DNA of 64,000 nt, from contig NC_086097.1 in the NCBI RefSeq assembly GCF_963921235.1, positions 101,806,001 to 101,870,000 on the forward strand, written 5' to 3'. The notes under the pieces are model-generated. The model was not told the origin of the DNA. It did no database searches and was given only the letters and a program-made list of their open reading frames with translations. The position numbers and the translations under genes are program-made. Source of the DNA: Mobula hypostoma. Lineage: Eukaryota. Below, in pieces: positions 1 to 8,700 of the stretch. Numbering within the stretch: position 1 is the stretch's first letter; each line of letters opens with the position of its first letter.

Positions 1-16
1 CCTCTTTCTTTAAAGA

Positions 17-727
17 TTGTGGTTTCCCTTCTGCGTCATCAATGATGCCCTCACCTGCATCTCCTCCATTTCCCGCACTTCGGCCCTCACCCCATCCTCC
101 CACCACCACAACAGGGACAGAGTTCCCCTTGTCCTCACCTACCACCCCACCAGCCTCCAGATCCAGCACGTTATCCTCCGCAACTTCCGCCACCTTCAAC
201 AGGACCCCACCATTAAGCACATCTTTCCCTCTCGACCCCTCTCCACTTTCCGCAGGGATCGGTCCCTCCGCGACTCCCTTATCCACACGTCCCTCCCCAC
301 GGATCTCCCACCCAGCATTTATCCCTGTAAGCGTAAGTGCTACACCTGTCCCTACACCTCCTCTCTTGCCACCATTCAGGGCCCCAAACAGTCCTTCCAG
401 GTGAGGCAACACTTCACTTGTGAGTCTGTTGGGGTCATCTATTGCATCCGGTGTTCCCGGTGCGGCCTCCTCTACATCGGTGAAACCCGACGCAGATTGG
501 GGGACTGCTTCATCGAGCACCTCTGCTCTGTCCGCCACAACAGACAGGATCTCCCGGTAGCCGCCCACTTCAACTCTGCTTCTCATTCCCATTCAGATAT
601 GTCCATACATAGCCTCCTCTACTGCCATGATGAGGCTAAACTCAGGTTGGAGGAGCAACACCTCATATACTGTCTAGGTAGTGTCCAGCCCCTTGGTATG
701 AACATAGAATTCTCCAACTTCCGGTAA
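17..727 (+). CDS. PLE polyprotein C-terminal fragment (GIY-YIG endonuclease)
   Basis: 236-aa open frame with VIY...YIGET core and Cys/His residues. Homologous to the ORFs at 6193..6519(-) and 6750..7520(+). Confidence 0.8.
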   Translation: MWFPFCVINDALTCISSISRTSALTPSSHHHNRDRVPLVLTYHPTSLQIQHVILRNFRHLQQDPTIKHIFPSRPLSTFRRDRSLRDSLIHTSLPTDLPPSIYPCKRKCYTCPYTSSLATIQGPKQSFQVRQHFTCESVGVIYCIRCSRCGLLYIGETRRRLGDCFIEHLCSVRHNRQDLPVAAHFNSASHSHSDMSIHSLLYCHDEAKLRLEEQHLIYCLGSVQPLGMNIEFSNFR

Positions 728-992
728 TTCCTTCCCCCTCCCTTCCCCTATCCCTATGTCACTCTGCCCCCTCCCCCAGCTGCCTACCACCTCCCTCATG
801 GTTCCACCTCCTTCTACTACCCATTGTGTTTTCCCCTATTCCTTCTTCACCTTTCCTGCCTATCACCTCCCTGCTTCCCCCCCCCCCACCCCTTGATCTA
901 TCCCCTTACTGGTTTTTCACCTGGAACCTGCCAGCCTTCTCCTTCCCACCCTCCCCCCACCTTCTTTATAGGGCCTCTGCCCCTTCCCTCTA

Positions 993-1030
993 CAGTCCTG
1001 ACGAAGGGTTCCGGCCCGAAACATTGACTG
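993..1030 (+). ncRNA. Minimal type-I hammerhead ribozyme motif, decayed around the cleavage site
   Basis: cagtc-CTGACGA-agggttccggccc-GAAA-catt-gactg. Stem I is cagtc/gactg. CGTC is changed to CATT, consistent with CpG transitions. Confidence 0.7.
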
Positions 1031-1166
1031 ATCTTTTCCACGGATGCTGCCTGACCTGCTGAGTTCCTCCAGCATGTTGTGAGTGTTGCTTTGAGCCCAG
1101 CATCAGCAGAGTATTTTGTGTTTACGTAGCTCTATGAAACTCTTCTGTATCCTACTTACCACTTAC

Positions 1167-1273
1167 CGCTCAGCAGTCAACGTTTCACTCACTGCCCTCA
1201 TCCAGATCCTTGACAGTCTGTGAGCCGTTGTCAATTCACCATTTAATGATGGAGCCTGATGGAGCACACCATG
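1167..1273 (-). other. Candidate host-gene exon (unidentified)
   Basis: Minus strand tttttcatag acceptor, 107-nt open frame HGVLHQAPSLNGELTTAHRLSRIWMRAVSETLTAE(R), then a consensus GCG|gtaagt donor. Lies in non-repetitive sequence. Confidence 0.25.
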
Positions 1274-1353
1274 CTATGAAAAATGCTCTGGTGTTTGCAG
1301 TAGGATAACAAGGTGAAAGAGACAACCCTGCAGTTTTTCCATGCCCTGGAGTG

Positions 1354-1655
1354 CCAATCATACACCGAGGGGTGGCTTCATCCAATCAAACGCCAAGGTG
1401 TGGCTTCATCCAATCATACACCGAGGGGTGGCTTCATCCAATCACACACCGAGGGGTGGCTTCATCCAATCATACACCGAGGGGTGGCTTCATCCAATCA
1501 AACGCCAAGGTGTGGCTTCATCCAATCACACACTGAGGGGTGGCTTCATCCAATCATACACTGAGGGATGGCTTCATCCAATCACACCCCAAGGTGTGGC
1601 TTCATCCAATCACACACCGAGGTGTGGCTTCATCCAATCATACACCGAGGGGCGG
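1354..1655. repeat. 28-bp minisatellite, about 11 copies (ccaatcatacaccgaggggtggcttcat)
   Basis: Direct tandem repetition visible. It explains the repetitive ORFs at 1313-1728. Confidence 0.95.
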
Positions 1656-1879
1656 CTGGAATGCACAACCCTGTGGCTCCGGGTATGAGCTCTGCCCAGG
1701 GTGCGCTGAGGCATTCTTGTCTCTCTGAATGATTTAAAAAAAATAATTACATTGATACTCTCTCTGTTTCTAATTACCTCTACCAGCCAATCCATTCTAG
1801 CTCAACGGTAACATCTCAGAGGGCAGAAATTCCACCCTAATCAATACATACTCCTGAAGCACTCAGGTCATTACATCCT

Positions 1880-2292
1880 GGGCACATTTCACACCACCCA
1901 CCATCAGTAGTATCCACATGAGGTGCTGTCTCAAGAAAACAACATCCATCATTAACGATCTCAACAAAAGAACCATGCCATCTTCTCTTAGCCATCATCA
2001 AACAGTAGGTACAGAAGCCTGAAGTTCCACATCACCAGGTTCAAGAACAATCATTCGATTCTTAAACCATCTAATCACCACAGCTTAGTAACATTATGAC
2101 CACTACCACTTTGCAGTAGAATGGGCCTTATTGTGTCCTTTCTTGTAAAAATTGTGTACTATACTAATGTTTTCCTTGCAAATGCAGCTCATCTGATGTC
2201 ATGAGCCAGTGATGCTGCTGCAAATCAGTTTTTCATTGCACCTGAACATACATGTATTTACATATAAGGCAATAAAATTAAACTATTGAATT
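1880..2292 (+). mobile_element. Degenerate Rex1/Babar-like LINE 3' fragment
   Basis: Decayed KATSII.D...PS.RRYRSL..TTRFKN-type coding remnant followed by a 3' UTR ending in aataaa. Confidence 0.6.
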
Positions 2293-2693
2293 TTATTTGT
2301 TTTTTGAAGAGTGCAACAGAAATACAAGCTAAAATCTGCAAAGACATGCTGTGCTTAATTAAAATCAAAGTGGCACCCTTGAGTTGCAACAGGCAATTTG
2401 CTGGAAGCAATCTAGGAAAAGTATTGAAATTGGAACATGTGTTTCTGGAAAACAAATCAGGTCTTACTCCTCATCCTGAGGTGTGTTACACTGCATGACA
2501 GAGCGTCTTAACATCCATCTCAAACTGCTTAAAAATTACTGAGCAAATATTTTCCTTCTGTAATAATCTTGGCACAAAAGCCATCTCTGATTTCACTAAA
2601 TGACTCACTGAGCTACTACTTCATCAGATGTGGAACTACTGTGGATGGAAAATGTATATCGATCAACTTTACCTTCAAGTACTTTCTCTCGCT

Positions 2694-3233
2694 CATAGAA
2701 ACATAGAAAATAGGTGCAGGAGTAGGCCATTCGGCCCTTCGAGCCTGCACCGCCATTTATTATGATCATGGCTGATCATCCAACTCAGAACCCCGCCCCA
2801 GCCTTCCCCCCATACCCCCTGACCCCCGTAGCCACAAGGGCCATATCTAACTCCCTCTTAAATATAGCCAATGAACTGGCCTCAACTGTTTCCTGTGGCA
2901 GAGAATTCCACAGATTCACCACTCTCTGTGTGAAGAAGTTTTTCCTAATCTCGGTCCTAAAAGGCTTCCCCTCTATCCTCAAACTGTGACCCCTCGTTCT
3001 GGACTTCCCCAACATCGGGAACAATCCTCCTGCATCTAGCCTGTCCAATCCCTTTAGGATTTTATAACTTGCAATAAGATCTCCCCTCAATCTTCGAAAT
3101 TCCAATAAGTATAAGCCTAGCCAATCCAATCTTTCATCATATGAAAGTCCTGCCATCCCAGGAATCAATCTGGTGAACCTTCTTTGAACTCCCTCTATGG
3201 CAAGAATGTCTTTCCTCAGATTAGGGGACCAAA
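2694..3233 (-). mobile_element. CR1 LINE, 5'-truncated young copy (RT C-terminus and 3' UTR)
   Basis: ORF 2785..3276(-) reads WSP.LRKDILAIEGVQRRFTRLIPG...TRGHSLRI...FFTQRVVNLWNSLP. It is followed by the 3' stem-loop and a (ttctatgt)n tail. Confidence 0.93.
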
Positions 3234-4085
3234 TTCTCACATTCCCTATAGTATGTTTTCTCAGAACTCCCACCATTTGTTCCTTTGTTTATTCTTGCTC
3301 TTTTGTCATCTCTCTGGTTCATGTGTGCTCTGTTTTCATGAAAAATCTCAATGTGCACTCTGCCTCATTTCTCCTACTCACAGTTCTGTTCTCTCTCTAA
3401 AGTCCACTCTCTCCTTGTTCTCGGTGTTCTGTTCTCATCCCCTCATCCCCCTTCCTTTTGTTTCCAGTCTCACTTTCTTGCTCTCACTCCAAAGCGAAGT
3501 CCCTTGTGTTGCCATTCTTTCTCTCTGACTTTCACCCTCTCTCCATTCCACTTCCTCTTGTCTCTGTTCTGTCACCCACTCTTTCTCTACTGTGATAACT
3601 CGCTCCAAATACTCCACTGTAGGGTTAACAGCAAGGTTAGAGTGAGTCATCACAGTTAAAAAATGGGGACTACATTTTTTTCTCTATCAGGCAGTCCTGT
3701 GCATTCTGAAATGACTAATGGGGCCAGTATGGAAACTGCAGACTCAGGGAAGGAGGCATTAATCGGGTGGGGAGGTTGATACAGTTACTTCTGCTATTTT
3801 GCTAGGCTTCTGTTGAATGGACATTCTCTCATACTCCATCTCACTCTCTATGCCTTTCTAACCTTCTCTCCATACCTTCTTTGCTCTCATCTCTGACCCT
3901 TGTTTGCTGTCGCTAACCTACCCTTTCACCAACTCCATCTGCATTTCCCTCTTATTATTCTTGAATCCAGCTCTCACACATGCTTCAAGTCTTCCCGGAC
4001 CCACACCACTCTGATCTCCAGTTTCAGATCCATCTACCTTACCTTGTTCTACTGAGTGGCCACACTGGAAATACATCTCCCTTAC

Positions 4086-4182
4086 CACCAGCACACCCAA
4101 TTCATAATGGGTGTACTGTAATGGACTCAAAGATGAAACAACAGAGATAATGTTACACAATGTATATAGAACTGTGAAAGAC
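4086..4182 (-). other. Candidate host-gene exon (unidentified)
   Basis: ttctccag acceptor, 97-nt frame SFTVLYTLCNIISVVSSLSPLQYTHYELGVLV, then a GTG|gtaagg donor. Phase-compatible with 1167-1273. Confidence 0.2.
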
Positions 4183-4454
4183 CTGGAGAACTGATGCAGG
4201 GTCAGGAGACATTTGGTGTGAGAGCTCAAGAGTTATTCAGTGAGGTATAAATTCAAAACACTTCAAGTACATTGGAAAGTCAGCTAGCGGGCCACTCACT
4301 GACATGGTTCTGTTGAAGAAGGTAGTTATTACATTAGATCATTTCTCTCCATTACCTATGGTGGAGAATTCAGTGAAAGGGACAAACCCATCCAACTGCT
4401 GTTCAAAGGAAAAAGAAAAAGTCTGAAGAAGGTGGAAAATGGAAACAAAAACAG

Positions 4455-4606
4455 GATTCTGGCATCTTCCCCCTTCCTTTCCAGCCCTGAAGAAAGGTCT
4501 CAGTCCAAAACGTCAACTGTTTATTCATTTCCATAGACGCTGAGGTCCTCCAGCATTGTGCGCGCTGCTTTGGATTTCCAGCATCTGCAGAATTGCTCCT
4601 GTTTCT
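4455..4606 (+). mobile_element. Solo PLE 3' terminal-repeat fragment with degenerate hammerhead motif
   Basis: cagccCTGAAGAaaggtctcagtccAAAACGTCaactg...tcctccagcatt...ccagcatctgcaga is homologous to the PLE tails elsewhere in the window. Confidence 0.7.
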
Positions 4607-4619
4607 GATAGAAAACAGA

Positions 4620-5425
4620 AGCTGCTAATTGGAATAGAGGCAGAGAGGCATGAGCCTCTGTCTGAACACTCAACATTACTGATCTACAGAGGGATCTTAG
4701 GGTCTGAAAGTTGTTACACAAATCAACAGGGTAGTAAAGAGGTTGTGTGTCACACTTGCCTTCATTAGTTGAGGCACTGAGTTCAAGAGCCAGCATGTTG
4801 CAATCTTTCAAAACTCCAGTTACCCCACTTCAGGACTTTGCGTTCAAATCTGGTCTCTCCATTACAGGAAGGATATGGAGGCTATGGAATGGTGGGTGGT
4901 GGTGATATGGACCATGTGTAGGCAGAAGGGATGAGGTGTGATCAGATTGATTAGTGCAGGCCTGAGGGCCATTCCTTGGATATGGAGGCTATGGAATGGT
5001 GGGTGGAGTGATATGGACCATGTGTAGGCAGAAGGGATGAGGTGTGATCAGTTTGATTAGTGCAGGCCTGAGGGCCATTCCTTGGATATGGAGGCTATGG
5101 AACGGTGGGTGGAGTGATATGGACCATGTTTAGGCAGAAGGGATGAGGTGTGATCAGTTTGATTAGTGCAGGCCTGAGGGCCATTCCTTGGATATGGAGG
5201 CTATGGAATGGTGGGTGGAGTGATATGGACCATGTGTAGGCAGAAGGGATGAGGTGTGATCAGTTTGATTAGTGCAGGCCTGAGGGCCATTCCTTGGATA
5301 TGGAGGCTATGGAACGGTGGGTGGAGTGATATGGACCATGTGTAGGCAGAAGGGATGAGGTGTGATCAGTTTGATTAGTGCAGGCCTGAGGGCTATTCCT
5401 TGGGCTGTATTTTTCTATGTTCTAT
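4620..5425 (+). mobile_element. Internally deleted CR1 3' fragment whose end is tandemly amplified
   Basis: LAFI..G.EFKS / WS.HYRKD remnant at 4750-4890 and a CR1-type ttttctatgttctat tail near 5410-5424. Confidence 0.7.
4871..5402. repeat. 106-bp tandem repeat, 5 near-identical copies
   Basis: Units start at 4871, 4978, 5084, 5190 and 5296. Confidence 0.95.
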
Positions 5426-5860
5426 CCACCAGGTTCCCAGAACCCTTTGACTGCTTTCAACTAGAGAACTTGTTTCTTCCTGCTTTGACTCAACTTTTTC
5501 TGTCCTTATCAACCCCTTCCAGTGATACCTCCTATGCCCTGCCCCACTTTAACATGCTGACATTCCAATCTCTCCAGCATTCCTTCTGCATCTCAAATCC
5601 ACACCACGGTGGCCTGAGGGACCAACACTCTTTCCTTGAGCAGAGGTCCAAACAGTTCTGCTCCAACACCACCCAGTTACCTGACTCAACTCACCCTCAC
5701 ATTGAAGAGCTCTTCCCTGTACTCCATTCGTTACCTCCACATTAAAGGTGCAGTAAAGAGAATGAGTAATACCCGAACAACAGGAATTCTGCAGATGCTG
5801 AAAATTCAAGCAACACACATCAAAGTTGCTGGTGAACGCAGCATCTGTAGGAAGAGGTGC

Positions 5861-5896
5861 AGTCGATGTTTCAGGCCGAGACCCTTCGTCAGGACT
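5861..5896 (-). ncRNA. Minimal hammerhead ribozyme motif with one substitution (ACGT to ACAT)
   Basis: Reverse complement is agtc-CTGACGA-agggtctcggcct-GAAA-catc-gact. Confidence 0.75.
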
Positions 5897-6192
5897 AACT
5901 GAAGGAAGAGTGAGTAAGGGATTTGAAAGTTGGAGGGGGAGGGGGAGATCCAAAATGATAGGAGAAGACAGGAGGGGGAGGGATAGAGCCGAGAGCTGGA
6001 CAGGTGATAGGCAAAAGGGGATACGAGAGGATCATGGGACAGGAGGTCTGGGAAGAAAGACAAGGGGGGGGAACGACCCAGAGGATGGGCAAGAGGTATA
6101 TTCAGAGGGACAGAGGGAGAAAAAGGAGAGTGAGAGAAAGAATGTGTGCATAAAAATGAGTAACGGATGGGGTACGAGGGGGAGGTGGGGCC

Positions 6193-6519
6193 TTAGCGGA
6201 AGTTAGAGAAGTCGATGTTCATGCCATCAGGTTGGAGGCTACCCAGACGGAATATAAGGTGTTGTTCCTCCAACCTGAGTGTGGCTTCATCTTTACAGTA
6301 GAGGAGGCCGTGGATAGACATGTCAGAATGGGAATGGGATGTGGAATTAAAATGTGTGGCCACTGGGAGATCCTGCTTTCTCTGGCGGACAGAGCGTAGA
6401 TGTTCAGCAAAGCGGTCTCCCAGTCTGCGTCGGGTCTCGCCAATATATAAAAGGCCACACCGGGAGCACCGGACACAGTATATCACCCCAGTCGACTCAC
6501 AGGTGAAGTGTTGCCTCAC
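6193..6519 (-). CDS. PLE GIY-YIG endonuclease domain fragment (inverted arm)
   Basis: VIYCVRCSRCGLLYIGETRRRLGDRFAEH...QPDGMNIDF. Confidence 0.7.
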   Translation of the reverse strand: MRQHFTCESTGVIYCVRCSRCGLLYIGETRRRLGDRFAEHLRSVRQRKQDLPVATHFNSTSHSHSDMSIHGLLYCKDEATLRLEEQHLIFRLGSLQPDGMNIDFSNFR

Positions 6520-6749
6520 CTGGAAGGACTGTTTGGGGCCCTGAATGGTGGTAAGGGAGGAAGTGTAAGGGCATGTGTAGCACTTGTTCCGCTTACACGG
6601 TTAAGTGCCAGGAGGGAGAGCAGTGGGGAGGGATGGGGGGGACGAATGGACAAGGGAGTTGTGTAGGGAGCGATCCCTGCGGAATGCAGAGGGGGGGGGA
6701 GGGAAAGATGTGCTAGGATTCCTCCGTCTCCGCCGCATCTGCTCTCAGG

Positions 6750-7520
6750 ATGAGGCTTTTCATTCTAGGACGAGGGAGATGTCTTCCTTTTTTAAAGAAA
6801 GGGGCTTCCCTTCCTCCACTATCAACTCTGCCCTTAAACGCATCTCCCCCATTTCAAGTACATCTGCTCTCACTCCACCCTCCCGCCACCCCACTAGGAA
6901 TAGGGTTCCCCTGGTTCTCACCTACCACCCCACCAGCCTCCGGGTCCAACATATTATTCTCCGTAACTTCCGCCACCTCCAACGGGATCCCACCACTAAG
7001 CACATCTTTCCCTCCCCACCCCCCTGCATTCCGCAGGGATCGCTCCCTACACAACTCCCTTGTCCATTCGTTCCCCCCATCCCTCCCCACTCATCTCCCT
7101 CCTGGCACTTATCCGTGTAAGCGGAACAAGTGCTACACATGCCCTTACACTTCCTCCCTTACCACCATTCAGGGCCCCAAACAGTCCTTCCAGGTGAGGC
7201 AACACTTCACCTGTGAGTCGACTGGGGTGATATACTGCGTCCGGTGCTCCCAATGTGGCCTTTTATATATTGGCGAGACCCGACGCAGACTGGGAGACCG
7301 CTTTGCTGAACATCTACGCTCTGTCCGCCAGAGAAAGCAGGATCTCCCAGTGGCCACACATTTTAATTCCACATCCCATTCCTATTCTGACATGTCTATC
7401 CACGGCCTCCTCTACTGTAAAGATGAAGCCACACTCAGGTTGGAGGAACAACACCTTATATTCCGTCTGGGTAGCCTCCAACCTGATGGCGTGAACATCA
7501 ACTTCTCTAACTTCCGCTAA
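6750..7520 (+). CDS. PLE polyprotein C-terminus (GIY-YIG), 5'-truncated with a frameshift in the poly-C near 7020
   Basis: The RT C-terminal part (FLRLRRICSQDEAF...PLVLTYHP) is in ORF 6605..7120 and switches frame into this ORF near 7020. Confidence 0.75.
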   Translation: MRLFILGRGRCLPFLKKGASLPPLSTLPLNASPPFQVHLLSLHPPATPLGIGFPWFSPTTPPASGSNILFSVTSATSNGIPPLSTSFPPHPPAFRRDRSLHNSLVHSFPPSLPTHLPPGTYPCKRNKCYTCPYTSSLTTIQGPKQSFQVRQHFTCESTGVIYCVRCSQCGLLYIGETRRRLGDRFAEHLRSVRQRKQDLPVATHFNSTSHSYSDMSIHGLLYCKDEATLRLEEQHLIFRLGSLQPDGVNINFSNFR

Positions 7521-7814
7521 GGCCCCACCTCCCCCTCGTACCCCATCTGTTACTCATTTTTATGCACACATTCTTTCTCTCACTCTCCTTTTTCTCCCTC
7601 TGTCCCTCTGAATATACCTCTTGCCCATCCTCTGGGTCGTCCCCCCCCTTGTCTTTCTTCCCGGACCTCCTGTCCCATGATCCTCTCATATCCTCTTTTC
7701 CAATCAACTGTCCAGCTCTCGGCTCTATCCCTCCCCCTCCTGTCTTCTCCTATCATTTTGGATCTCCCCCTCCCCCTCCAACTTTCAAATCCCTTACTCA
7801 CTCTTCCTTCAGTT

Positions 7815-7850
7815 AGTCCTGACGAAGGGTCTCGGCCTGAAACGTCGACT
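7815..7850 (+). ncRNA. Minimal type-I hammerhead ribozyme, intact core
   Basis: agtc-CTGACGA-aggGTCTCGGcct-GAAA-C-GTC-gact. Stem I agtc/gact, catalytic boxes CUGANGA and GAAA, GUC cleavage triplet, palindromic ACGT in place of helix III. Confidence 0.85.
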
Positions 7851-8203
7851 GCACCTCTTCCTACAGATGCTGCCTGGCCCGCTGCGTTCACCAGCAACTT
7901 TGATGTGTGTTGCTTGAGTAATACCCGATTTGTTTTGGGATGCAGGTATTCAGCCCTAAGCAGGCTTTATTTCATTAACCATCATTGTTTCACATTCCAC
8001 TACAGCCATCAATCTTTTCCTCTATTTATACCTCCTCAGACGGATTCGTGTTGCTTACTTCAATGGCACCATAAGAAATTCTGTCAACTGGCCAACCCCA
8101 GTCTCCACTTTATCACGGAAATTCATAGAGATCTAGAATGACACAACACAGAAACAGGCCCTTTCTTCAACTGCTCCATGCCAGTCAAGATATCCATCTA
8201 AAC

Positions 8204-8282
8204 CAGGGGTTCCCAACTTGGGCTCCACAGACGCCTCTGTTAATGGTAAGGGTCCATGGTATAAGGAGGGTTGGGAACCCTT
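8204..8282. mobile_element. Tiny hAT-type MITE (about 79 bp)
   Basis: Terminal inverted repeats caggggttcccaac...gttgggaaccct. A related remnant lies at about 47755-47806. Confidence 0.65.
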
Positions 8283-8700
8283 TCCAATCAATGTCCCTGC
8301 CCAAGTTTTCTGATGTCACTAAACTCAGTAGAAAAACAAATTGAGCAAAAGATGCAGAGAGTGCAGAGAGATATAGGTAGGTTAAGTGAGCGGGTAAGGG
8401 TCTGGCAGATGAAGTACAACGTTGGTAAATGGAAGGTCATCCACTTTGGAAAGAAAAATAGAAGATCAGATTATGATTTAAATGGTGAAAGCATGCTGTT
8501 GTGCAGAGGGAATTAGGAGTGTTTATGCGTAAATTGCAAAACTTTACAAATGCAACAGGTGATCAAGGAGGCAAATGAAATGTTGGCCTTCATTGCTAGA
8601 GGGATTGAATTTAAGAGCAGGGAGGTTATGCTGCAACTGTACAGGGTACTGGTGAGACCGTACCTGGGGTTCTGTGTGCAGTTCTGGTCTCCTGACCTGA

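Larger units (their letters stand above)
1..1125 (+). mobile_element. Penelope-like retroelement (PLE), 3' part running off the window start: RT C-terminus, GIY-YIG endonuclease and pyrimidine-rich 3' terminal repeat
   Basis: ORF 17..727 has PLVLTYHP, CxxCP, VIYCIRCSRCGLLYIGETRRRL..EH and C-terminal PxGMNIEF motifs typical of PLE GIY-YIG domains. The downstream C/T-rich tail contains a hammerhead-like motif. Confidence 0.93.
5777..7914. mobile_element. Young fold-back PLE insertion: minus arm 5777-6714, plus arm about 6719-7914
   Basis: The arms are reverse complements over about 0.9 kb. GIY-YIG ORFs 6193..6519(-) and 6750..7520(+). 14-bp TSD tgagtaatacccga at 5763-5776 and 7915-7928. Confidence 0.95.

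Noticed and set aside
1313..1728. Repetitive ORFs (SSNHTPRGGFIQ...) and a CRISPR-like look
   Set aside because: A head-to-tail 28-bp minisatellite with no unique spacers and no cas genes, in a eukaryotic context.
3240..3610. Hydrophobic Ser/Leu/Phe-rich ORFs
   Set aside because: Low-complexity TC-rich sequence.
4356..4422. Additional minus-strand candidate exon (TFSFSFEQQLDGFVPFTEFSTI)
   Set aside because: The splice signals are good, but its only open frame ends in phase 1, incompatible with the 4086-4182 candidate.
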